Shown here: positions 1 through 9,988 of the stretch, piece after piece | Layout of the letters: the number at the start of each line of letters is the position of its first letter | How positions within the stretch are numbered: the stretch's first letter is position 1 | Assembly: GCF_963921235.1 (NCBI RefSeq) | Contig: NC_086097.1 | Location: 131,566,001 to 131,630,000, forward strand | Reading direction: 5' to 3' | DNA: 64,000 nt | Source of the DNA: Mobula hypostoma | Taxonomy: Eukaryota | Notes under the pieces: generated by a model | Told to the model about the DNA's origin: nothing | Seen by the model: the letters and a program-made list of their open reading frames with translations, nothing else | Databases searched by the model: none | Program-made: the position numbers and the translations under genes

Positions 1-99
1 TTTGGCTAAATTCTAGATTTGTGGGCATAAACTTCCTTCATCATACGATAGTACAGATCAGTTAACATAAATCATTTCTGGTGGATGTAATCATCCATC

Positions 100-450
100 T
101 ACAGACTTTGGCCAGGGAACTTTCAAGGCCAGTATGGCTATCCTCCTGGGCCTCCGCTATAACTTCCCAGGTTGCAACATATAGCATTGATAACTGTAGT
201 AAACTGCTTTCATGTGCAGTCAGAAGGAGGGTCATGGGACATTCACTTATCCCATTATCATTAAGAAGCCAAATGATCTTATTCTTGCTACTGAAGCCTA
301 GCCCATGAAGGTAACATCCTTCTTTTCCTTTCCAGAAGTGTAGCCGTCTCTTCGTTATCTGAACTGGGCATCTCCTCCCCAGTGTGTCTCAGTCAGGATG
401 GCGATATCAATGACTCAACATCCCAATTCTCAGGCTATGATCCAGCAGCT
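100..450 (-). mobile_element. Decayed RTE-clade LINE, APE endonuclease fragment
   Basis: Manual minus-strand translation through stops and a frameshift gives VIDIAILTETHWGGDAQF..DGYT/FWKGKE..LHGLGF..GISECPMTL, matching the RTE-type pattern DIAALSETR..GYTFFWKG..HGVGF..GINERLMTL. Confidence 0.65.
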
Positions 451-459
451 CTACTTTAT

Positions 460-888
460 TAGGGTGAATCACCAACAACGTTAAAAAATCTTTGTAGACG
501 TGTGCTAGAGAGCATTCTGATGGGTTGCATTACAGCCTAGCATGGAGTCTCCAAAGCACAGGATGGCAAGAGGCTGAAGAGGTTTAAAATCGCAGCCATC
601 TCCATCGTCCAATCCTCCCCACTATCCAGGACATGCCTTTTTGTTACTACCATTGGGGAGGAGACTGAGGAGGCTGAAAACACACTCAATGACTCAGGAA
701 CAAATTCTTCCCCTCCACCATCTGATTTCTGAATGGACCCACCAACATGATCTTCACATTCTTTTGTTTGCACTATTAACTTATTTTGTAATTTATAGTA
801 ATTTTATGTTGGTGCACTGTACTTGTAGCACAAAACAACAATGTTCATGTCATGTTAACCAGCGATTGAAAAAAAATTGATTCTGATA
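460..888 (+). mobile_element. Rex1/Babar-type LINE 3' fragment
   Basis: Decayed CVLESILMGCITA motif, followed by an AT-rich 3' UTR ending in TGATTCTGA. Confidence 0.65.
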
Positions 889-1139
889 ATGGAGTGATGT
901 TCAGATCTGTCCTTATTTAGATTGTCCGTGAAGCGTCTGAAAAAAATTGCCTATAACATTATCTATGAAGATGGGAAGTTGCTTGTCCAAAACGCACTTT
1001 AACATTAAGTAACAATCAGATATCAGGCACCAAATTATAGAACGAGGAACTGGTTAGTGATGAGGAAGTCCAAGACTTTTGAAAGCCAGACTCTGTTGCA
1101 TAGAGCTCAACAAGTAAACCTAAGTGAATGAACACAAAA

Positions 1140-1800
1140 TTAGATTAGATTCAACTTTATTGTCATTGTGCCAAGTACAGATACAAAGCCAATGAAATGC
1201 ATTTAGCATCTGACCAGAAGTGCAAAGGATAGTGTTATTTACAAAATAACTGCAAATAAAAAAAGTGCTACAGCACACAAATATAAAAGTACTGAGACAG
1301 TACAATACGGATGCAATACTGCTTAGCGCTGTGTTGAGAGGTTCAGCAGTGTCACAGCCTCAGAGAAGAAGCTGTTCCTGTGCCTGCTGGTGCGGGAGCG
1401 GAGGCTCCCGTAGTGCCTTCTGGATGGGAGGAGAGTAAAAAGTCCATGGTTAGGGTGAGATGCATCCTTGATGATGCTTTTCACCCTGCCCAGGCAGTGT
1501 TTATGGTAGATGTTCTCAATGGTGGACAATTGGGTGCTGATAATCCGCTGGGCAGTTTTCACCACACTCTGGAGTGCTTTGCGCTCCAATACGGGACAAT
1601 TGCCATACCACACTGAGATGCAGTTGGTGAGTATGCTCTCAATGGTACAGCGGTAAAATTCCGTCAGTATCCTGGGACAGAGGTGAGCTTTCTTCATGCT
1701 CTGCAGGAAATAAAGGTGCTGTTGTGCCTTTTTGATCAGGATGGAGGAGTTCAGGGACCAGGTGAGATCCTCAGAAATGTGGACACCAAGGAATTTGAAG
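1140..1800 (-). mobile_element. Rex1/Babar-type LINE 3' fragment (ORF 1323-1847 covers the C-terminus)
   Basis: FKFLGVHISEDLTW..KKAQQHLYFL..FYRCTIESILTNCISVWYGNC; minus-strand tail AATAAAGTTGAATCTAATCTAA. Confidence 0.85.
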
Positions 1801-2199
1801 CCTGAAAAGTGCATGCCAGCACACACACAGGATGGACTTGGGCCCAAGTGCCCTTGTCTCTGCCGTCCCCTGGCTTATCCCCTTTTCACTCTCCTTTTGG
1901 TCCTTCACATCAGAAGTGTTGGCTACTCCGTGCGTATTAAGTCCCACTCTGGGACCTTGGTGGATCCAAAGGGATGGTGACAGACGTACATCGCAAGACA
2001 GGGAACATCTCAGTGGCCCATCATTCTCCAGCAATGACAGTGAATGTCGGGTTCCCTGCTGTGGCGTAGGAAACCCAACAGCTGATATCTGCACAGTAAG
2101 ATCCCACATTCAGAGATACAATGACTGGTTTTGGCACTGTGGGTTGTGTGATAAGTACTAAAAAAAACTGAATAATGGTGATGTCTACAGGTTTGCTCA

Positions 2200-3486
2200 C
2201 CCAGTTAGAGGAAAGATCTTATTAAACTAGAAAGTGCAGAAAGTCATAAATTCAAGAGACTGCGGATGCTGCAACACACACAAAGTGCTGGAGGAGCACA
2301 GCAAATCAGGTAGCACCCATAGAGGGGAATAAACAGTGGATGTTTTTAGCTGAAATCCCTAATCAGGATAGCAAAGGAAGGGGGAAGAAGCCAGAATAAG
2401 AAGGTGGGGGCAAGGGAAAAAGTACAAGTTGGCAAGTGATAGGTGAGAGCAGGTGATAATATAAGTGGGTGGGAGGGGGGATGAAGTAAGAAGCTGGGAG
2501 GTGATAGGTGGAAGAGATGAAGGGTTGAAGAAGGAATCTGATTGGAGAGATCAGTGAATCATCTTGATAGAGTGGCATCTGAGAGAGGTAATGGGCTGGT
2601 GAGGAGAAGTGACAGGGTGAGAGGGAACCAGAATGGGGAATGGAAAAAGAGAGAAGGAGGAGGGGGACAGAAATTGCCATAAGCAAGGGAAATCAATGTT
2701 CTTGCCATCAGGTTGGGGGCTGCTCTGGAGGAATATGAGGTATTGCTCCTCTGACCTCATCATGGCAGTAGAGAAGGCCACGGATCAGTATGTTGGAATG
2801 GAAATGGGGAGTTGAATCGAAATGGGTGGGCACCATGAAATCTTGCCTTTTGTGGTGGATGGAACGAAGGTGTTCAATAAAACAGTCCCCCAATGTTCGT
2901 TAGGTCTCACTGACTTAGAGGAGGCCATACTGGGAGCTCCGGATACAGTAGATGACTTCAACAGACTCACAGGTGAATGCCAACTCATGCAGAAGAACTA
3001 TTTGAAGGTGGTGAGGGAGGAGGTGTCGGAGGAGATGTAACACTTGTCCCACTTGCAGGATAAGTGCCAGGAAGTGCAGAAGAGACTTACCAGTATGTTG
3101 CCTGAACTTAGAGGCCTGCATTACAAGGACAAATTACTTCTATCAGGATGTTATTTCCTGGAACATCGGAGGCTGACGGGTGACCTGATAGAGGTATATA
3201 AGATCATGATACTGTGAAAGTACATAGTCTTTTTCCCAGTGAGGAGGTGCTTTAAGCAACAGAGGCAAGAGATTTATAGGAGATGTCAGGGACAACTTCT
3301 TTATGCAAAGGGGAGTGTGTATTTACAATAAGCGACATTTAAAAGCCATCTAGTTACATAAATTGATAGGAGAGGTTTAGAGGGCGGATGGGACTAAATC
3401 ACTGGGCAACGCAGTTGGCGTGAATGAGTTGGGCTGAAGGGCCTGTTCCATGCGATATGACTCTGTGACTGAATGATTATGACTCT
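2200..3486 (+). mobile_element. Old CR1 3' fragment split by a PLE insertion
   Basis: RKDLIKLE at 2208-2241 resumes at 3072 (VQKRLTSMLPELRGL) and runs into a CR1-type 3' UTR. AAGTGCAGAA is duplicated at 2232-2241 and 3072-3081. Confidence 0.7.
2242..3071 (-). mobile_element. Penelope-like element 3' part: GIY-YIG endonuclease remnant plus 3' repeat
   Basis: FTCESVEVIYCIRSSQYGLL..LGDCFIEHLRSI..HF..QPDGKNIDF across frames; flanked by a 10-bp duplication; decayed hammerhead motif near 2337-2372. Confidence 0.85.
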
Positions 3487-3530
3487 GGTTTTTAACAATG
3501 ATTTGATGAATAAATGGAGAAAACATTGTT

Positions 3531-4260
3531 AATATCTCATAAACAAGAGAAAATCTGCAGTCAATATCTCATAAACAAAAGAAAATCTGCAGATACTGGA
3601 AATCCAAGCAACACACACAAAATGCTGGAGGAACTCAGCAGACCAGGCAGCGTCCATGGAAAAGGGTATTGTCAACATTTCGGACAGAAACCCTTTGGCA
3701 GAACTGGAGAAAAAAAAAATCTGAAGGGTAGATTTAAAAGATGGGGGAGGGAGAGAGAAACTTAAGAAGATAGGTGAAACCTGAAGGGAGAGGGATGAAG
3801 TAAAGAGCTTGGAAGTTGATAGATGAAAGAAACATAAGGCCATGGAGGAAAGAAAGGGGGGGGGAGGACCACACAAGGGAATCAATGGGTGGGCAAGGAG
3901 ATAAGGTGAGAGAGGGAAAAGGAGATGGGAAATGGTGAAGTGAGGGGTGGTTAGGGGTCATTACCGGAAGTTCAAGAAATCGAAGTTTAAGAAATCGAAG
4001 TTTATGCCATCAGGTTGGAAGCTACCCAAACGGAATACAAGGTGCTGTTCCTCCAACCTTCAAGTGTGTCCTCCTTCACAACAGTGGAGGAGGCCACAGC
4101 TAGACATATCAGAATGGGAATGGGAAGTGGAATTAAAATGGGGGCCACTGAGAGATCCCACTTTTTCTGGCGGACAAAGCATAGATGCTCAGTGAAGCGG
4201 TCTCCCAATCTATGTCACGTCTCACTGATATACAGGAGGCCACACTGGGAGCACTGGACA
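3531..4260 (-). mobile_element. Penelope-like element 3' part (GIY-YIG remnant plus 3' repeat)
   Basis: GDRFTEHLCFVRQKKWDLSVA; same ACACACAAAATGCTGGAGGAACTCAGCAG terminal segment; a 30-bp end segment is duplicated at 3531-3560 and 3563-3592. Confidence 0.85.
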
Positions 4261-5544
4261 TAACATCTTGTGTTCTAATAGGCTGAATCAAAGTCACGTC
4301 ATGTTCAACATCTGAACTTTTATGCTTTTGCTGCACTAACTTTACCAATAAGTTAAATTCAACACATGAATTATATTACCATTTATTTTCACTGAATATT
4401 ATTTTCAAATTGAACCATACATTTTTATTTATAATTGCTTTCTGTGAAACGCAGGCAAACCAATTCACCCATCCGAGATTTTCAGTAGATGTGTAAATAA
4501 TTACCAGAATACACCTGATTCACAAGACCAATAGCACCTTATCAAGTTTCAAATTCACAAGGAGCTAATTACATTGGATCATTTCCAGAGGGTTAGATTT
4601 GCAAAGGAGTGATTTGTTTCGAGCCTAGGCCTGGCCACACTTGGGCTGCTGCGTGCAGTTTCCACCTCCAAGTTATGGAAGAGATAAAAATACCTGAAGA
4701 ATAAGTTCACGCATGTTGTTCAAATCCAAAGGCCTACAGTACCAAAACAGTAAGGCTAGTATAACTAAAACCACAACAGCTTGAAAAGCATCCAGGATAC
4801 TCATGTTCATTCATAGCTCAGCAATGTGATCATGAGGAATTGTGCTGAAAAATTACATACTTATTGCTGGCACAACAACTAAATCAAAGCTGAGGAACTC
4901 ATAGAGTCATAGGGAATCATAAAGTGAAACAGGCACTTCAGTCCACCAAGTCCACATTGTTTTCAAGCACCCATTTTTGGATTAATCGTACCATACCCCA
5001 TGATATATTGCTTGTTGTGACTGTGAACAAAGCTACTGACAGCCATTGGAGTCATGAGAGAGAGGAAGGGAGAGACGCCCTGATCCAACATTATAGCACA
5101 TTTGTATACCTTAAAGACTAAAAGTGACAGGACAATTTCGATAGTTACAATGCCGTCAATGCTTCTTTTGAGTTACATGTGATTTTTCAAATTCCTGGGT
5201 TTTCCCATCAATGCACTCAAAATGAGTATTAATTACTGTGGTCTCTGTGTCATATTCATGCAAGGGGTGTTAATTGCATTCATGCCTATGCAGACATCTC
5301 AGTTAATTAGGTGTTTCCTGTTCAGCAAATTACTCTAAAATTCAGCTTCAGGAAGACCATTTTTTCGAACTACATTTCCATTTCAATCTGCAATCCATAT
5401 TCAGATCTGAAGACCGGTTGCTGTAAAAATTGATGTTTGCTATATTGCATCTCCAAACTATGTCCTAACACTCCTCTTAATCCCAACAACTCCCTCCAGA
5501 TTCTACCATTCAGCAACTCATTAGTAGCAGGTTATAATGACTGA

Positions 5545-6520
5545 CTAATTTATCAACCCGCATGTCTTTGGGATGTGGGAAGAAACTATAGCACCCAGAG
5601 GTAATATGGGCATTCATAGGGAGAATGGACACACTCCATGCCGGCAGCACTGGGGGTCAGAATTGAATGTAGGCCACTGGAGCCGTAAGGCAGCAGCTCT
5701 ACTAGTTACATTGTGCCTGGTGCAAATATTCACTTTCATCTCTGTGCTGAGCCTCATTCAGCAGTTATGCTACTTTATATTATAGTGTTATAGAGAGAAA
5801 TGATTTGGCCTATCTGGGTTCAATCCCATTGTCCTTTTCCACATCTCCCTGTACATCTGCAACTTTTTCTCCCCTTTGATTCTATTTGCAATTAAGCTTC
5901 ATTAAGGGGCCAGTTACTCTGTCAATTAATATATAAATATATTTTGAGGATGTGGGAGGAACAGTGGTACCCAGAGAAAACTTGTGTGGTCATGGAGAGA
6001 ATGTGCAAATTCTGAACAGAGCCCAGTTGAGATCAGAATCAAACGGGTCCCTGTATCTCTGAGACAATGGTTCTGTATGTGGTGAACAGTAGACACAGAG
6101 ATAAACAGCATGGGTTTTCTGTGGAGCTTAACACTGAGGGGCATGGATGTCCTCTAAAATACCTCTCATCCTCATCAATGGCTGTACATCACTTTCTGAT
6201 ATCATGAAAGTCTTTTGTAAATTTCCTCCTTCACCAATATACCACTGTGAAGGCAAACCCAGAAGGAATCCAACTATAATTTTACATAAATCCAATTTTA
6301 GTCACCCACATTCCCCTCAACTCATTCAGATTCCAGCACTTCAGGCAACTTACAATTTATGACTAGCTCATCATTGGGATGTGGGAGGGAATCAGAGCAT
6401 CCAGAGGACACTCATGTGACCACAAGGATAAACTTGCAAACTCTGCACAGTATTAGAAGTCAGGATTGAGTTGGGTCTCTGGCACTGTGAGTCAGTAGTT
6501 TTACCCAATGCACTGCTGTA
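5545..6520 (-). mobile_element. Three decayed tRNA-derived V-SINE (HE1-like) copies at about 5545-5720, 5940-6085 and 6370-6520
   Basis: Each has the reverse complement of the V-domain (GGATGTGGGAGGAA..CACCCAGAG..GAGAATGTGCAAA) followed by a tRNA-like head (TCAGAATTGAA../GGATTGAG). Confidence 0.7.
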
Positions 6521-6789
6521 TCTGTATTTACTTGTGAATTCATTTTCTCATTAAGCTGCATGACTGAGGGTCAGAGAGAATGAGGAACAACAGATCCATG
6601 TTGTGAAATGAAAGCAGTGAGGCACAGTTATCCCATTACTAGTTTGGAACTGAGCAGTGAGTATAGAACTTGGGATGCAACTTTGCAATTCTACAAGAAA
6701 AGATGAAGTGTTGTGCACAATTTTGGCCACCCTATGATAGGAAAGACTTTTTTAAGCTAAAAGGAATGCAAAGAAGATTTATGAGTATT

Positions 6790-7330
6790 GACATATTTTA
6801 TGAACCTATTATTCCCACAGTTATCTTGACTATATCTCTTTCCACCCTGTCTCCTGTAAAAATGCTATTCCTTTCTCTCAGTTCCTTCTTCCCCAGTGCA
6901 TCTGTTCTCAGGATGCAACTTTCCTTTCCAGGATATCAGAGGTGTCCTCCTTCTTCAAGGAATGGGGTTTTCCTTCCTCCACCGTAGCTGCTCCCTCTCC
7001 CACATTTCCTCCACATCCTAAACATCCGCTCTCATTCCATCTTCCCACCGCCTGAACAGTGACATAGCTCCTTTTGTCCTTACCTACACCACATGAACCT
7101 CCACATCCAATACATCATCCGCTATATCTTTCGCCATCTCCAAATGAATCCTACCACCAAACACATCTTTACTTCCCTTCCCTTCCTCTTTCCGCAGGAA
7201 TCGCTCCCTCCACAATTCCTTTGTCCATTCATTGTTTTCCACTAATATCCCTTCCAGCATTTATCCCTGCAAGCAGCCAAAGTACTACATCTTCCCATTC
7301 ACCTCCTCCCTCACCTCCATTCAGGGCATT
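6790..7330 (+). mobile_element. Penelope-like element RT C-terminal/linker fragment
   Basis: Frameshifted DIFYEP..HSYLDY.S.HPVSCKNAIPFSQF..CSQDATF..SSFFKEWGFP, plus a PCKQPK motif leading toward the GIY-YIG domain. Confidence 0.8.
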
Positions 7331-7699
7331 GCTACCTTCAGCTTTTCATTCATGCCCGGTCTCTGTAAACACAGACAACTTGTTTATTCTCCAAAATCAC
7401 TTCTCCTTTCTCAGTCTATAATGGACTCACATTAGCTTCTGATCCTTTTCTCTTTTCAGACTTACCGATGCTTTTACAATCTATTTTCTGTCTCCAGATC
7501 ATTTTTGTATTTTTTGTAATTTCGTTTCATCTTTGACTGAATTCTGAAATTTTCCCATCTTTAGGATTGGGAATATTGAAGAATTTAGCTAAGGAAGACT
7601 AGTTCCAGTTTACATTTGTTTACATAGGCTGTTCTACTATGCTTTACTGTGACAGTAGCACAAACTAATGCATTTGGTTGACTTAATTCATGAACATAT

Positions 7700-8262
7700 G
7701 CACATATGAACATATGGATTAGGAACAGAAGTAGGCCCCTTGACTCCCTCCAGCTTATTCCACTATTTACAGTAATAAATTCAGGGTTACTTGTTTGTAA
7801 ATTCATCCTCATGCCTGATACCCATAATAACTTTGCAACCCTTCCTTGTTCATCACTGATGATGCTCAACCTGCCGAGTTCCTTCAGCAGTTTGTATATT
7901 GCTGCAGATTACAGAAGGCATCTACAATGTCTTGTGTCTCCAATCTTTCATCCCCCTGCTTATCAAATATAAAACAATCTCTGCCCTAAAAGTACTTAAA
8001 GACTCAGCTTCCACCACAGTTTGAAGTATAGAGTTCCAAACACTCATCTAAGAGAAAGCATTGTTCATCTCTGTGTCCATCGGGAAACTGTTTATTCTTA
8101 AACAGTGGCCCCTGTTCCCAGAGTCTTCCATGAGGAGAAATGTATTTCTCCGCATTCACTCTGTCAAGATCCCTGAGGATTTAATATTTTTCAGTAAAGT
8201 TTCCTCTTATTCATCCAAACTCCAGGGTATACAAGCCTAGTCTGTCTATTCCTGGTAAGATA
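7700..8262 (-). mobile_element. Old CR1 3' end with a short PLE-repeat insert
   Basis: CATATGAACATATG tail and CR1-type 3' UTR; PLE terminal-repeat fragment at about 7860-7942. Confidence 0.55.
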
Positions 8263-8639
8263 AAGGAACTGAGGGATGATAGGCATAAGCCCTGTCTACA
8301 CTAAATTAAGCAGCTGCATGCAACACGCACTGCACCAATAGAGCAGCCACAACTTTAATGACGCAATAGATCTGTTTGCAAAGGAAGTTTTCCAAAATAG
8401 TGAATCAAAATCTGCTTGCCACCAGTGCTTCTTAGCTTTTGTGCATGTCCATGTGGAAACCATTCAGTTACTATTTGGTTCTCCAACTGAACTTACAGAC
8501 TGTTCTTGACCTTGAGTTACAGATGCCCTGCATCAGCTGACTGTGGTCAACCAAGTCAAGTGGAGTTGACCGTCATGCCCACAAGTACAGTGAGGCATAG
8601 CACAATGAAAAAATTAATTGCAACAGCATCGCAGGCACC

Positions 8640-9090
8640 AACTCAGAATTGGGCTTACTATCACAGACAGATATTGTGAAGTTTGTTGTTTTGTGGCAAA
8701 GTCAAAGTTAAGTTTAATGTTATATGCACAAGAACAATTATGCAGATACACAAGGAGATGTGTAGTAGCATCACAGGTACGTAACATCATACAAACACAA
8801 TTCACAAGAAAATCATAAATGAAGCACAAATTATAGATAGTTTTTACAAGAAAAAAACACAATAAGAGCAGAAAACATAGTGATCATTTTAGTGCAAAGT
8901 GATCAAAATGGACATAGTGTGGCTAAACACTAATGATTAGGGTTGTTCCAGATTGTTCTAGAACCAAATTGTTGAAGGATACCAACTGTTCTTGAACTTC
9001 TTGATGTGGGAACTCAGGCTTCTGTACTTCCTATCCAATGATAGCCATGAGAAGATGACATGACCTGGATCGTGGGGATCTTTCATTTCA
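8640..9090 (-). mobile_element. Rex1/Babar-type 3' tails (nested fragments)
   Basis: KYRSLSSHIKKFKNSWYPSTIWF and the 3' UTR shared with many copies in this window. Confidence 0.7.
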
Positions 9091-9221
9091 CTATGTAATG
9101 AATTAGGGACTATGCAAGAAAAAAAGACCTTATAGTGCAAAAACAACCAAAGACACAACTGAAGACAAGTCCATGGTAGATTAAAAGTTGCTCCAAACTT
9201 TTCTATTTATGGATTAATATT

Positions 9222-9983
9222 GTGTTGTTTGTTTCAAAACCAGATGGTTATAGGGAAGTAATTGTTGCTGAGGCAGACAAGTGGGTCACGGTTAGGAGGG
9301 GGAAGGGGAAAAGGCAGGTGATGGGGAGTACCCCGGTGGCTGTGCCCCTTAACAACAGGTACTCCTGTTTGAGTACTGTTGGGGGGGACAGCTTACCCGG
9401 GGGAAGCGACAGTGGCCCTGCCTCCGGCACAGAGTCTGGCCCTGTAGCTCAGAAGGGTAGGGCAAGGAAGAGGAGGGCAGTTGTGATAGGGGACTCGATA
9501 GTAAGTGGGTCAGATAGGCGATTCTGTGGACGCAGTCCAGAGACCCGGATGGTAGTTTGCCTCCCTGGTGCCAGGGTCCGGGATATTTCTGATCGTGTCC
9601 AAGATATCCTGAAGTGGGAGGGTGAGGAGCCAGAGGTCGTGGTACATATAGGTACCAATGACATAGGTAGGAAAAGGGATGAGGTCCTGAAAGGAGAATA
9701 TAGGGGGCTAGGAAGGGAGTTGAGAAAAAGGACCGCAAAGGTAGTAATCTCGGGATTACTGCCTGTGCCACGCGACAGTGAGAGTAGGAATGCGATGAGG
9801 TGGAGGATAAATGCGTGGCTGAGGGATTGGAGCAGGGGGCAGGGATTCAAGTTTTTGGATCATTGGGACCTCTATTGGTGCAGGCGTGACCTGTACAAAA
9901 AGGACGGGTTACACTTGAATCCTAGGGGGACCAATATCCTGGCAGGGAGATTAGCGGGGGCTACTGAGGTGACTTTAAACTAG
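9222..9983 (+). CDS. CR1 ORF1p, SGNH/GDSL esterase-like domain (5'-partial; the first ~17 codons are probably flanking DNA)
   Basis: SGNH blocks VIGDSIV, CLPGA, HIGTND and DGLH; ends ACT TTA AAC TAG. Confidence 0.92.
   Translation: MLFVSKPDGYREVIVAEADKWVTVRRGKGKRQVMGSTPVAVPLNNRYSCLSTVGGDSLPGGSDSGPASGTESGPVAQKGRARKRRAVVIGDSIVSGSDRRFCGRSPETRMVVCLPGARVRDISDRVQDILKWEGEEPEVVVHIGTNDIGRKRDEVLKGEYRGLGRELRKRTAKVVISGLLPVPRDSESRNAMRWRINAWLRDWSRGQGFKFLDHWDLYWCRRDLYKKDGLHLNPRGTNILAGRLAGATEVTLN
9974..9980 (+). promoter_or_regulatory. Candidate -1 ribosomal frameshift slippery site T TTA AAC
   Basis: X_XXY_YYZ heptamer in ORF1 phase immediately before the ORF1 TAG; its -1 frame is ORF2. Confidence 0.6.
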
Positions 9984-9988
9984 AATGG

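Noticed and set aside
1771..2161. Possible host exon (overlapping ORFs of 109-112 aa)
   Set aside because: The ends overlap a Rex1 fragment and a Deu-SINE remnant; there is no recognisable protein motif or convincing splice pair.
2337..3710. Hammerhead motifs at about 2337-2372 and 3670-3710 (also about 41680, 48750, 49015, 58512 and 62244) as functional ribozymes
   Set aside because: Catalytic core bases are mutated or helix II is deleted; they are counted only as relics.
9222..9270. Apparent N-terminus of CR1 ORF1 (MLFVSKPDGYREVIVAE)
   Set aside because: It uses a non-AUG start, and the DNA matches the minus-strand Rex1-type host that resumes at 13094, so it is most likely flank read in frame; the exact boundary is uncertain.
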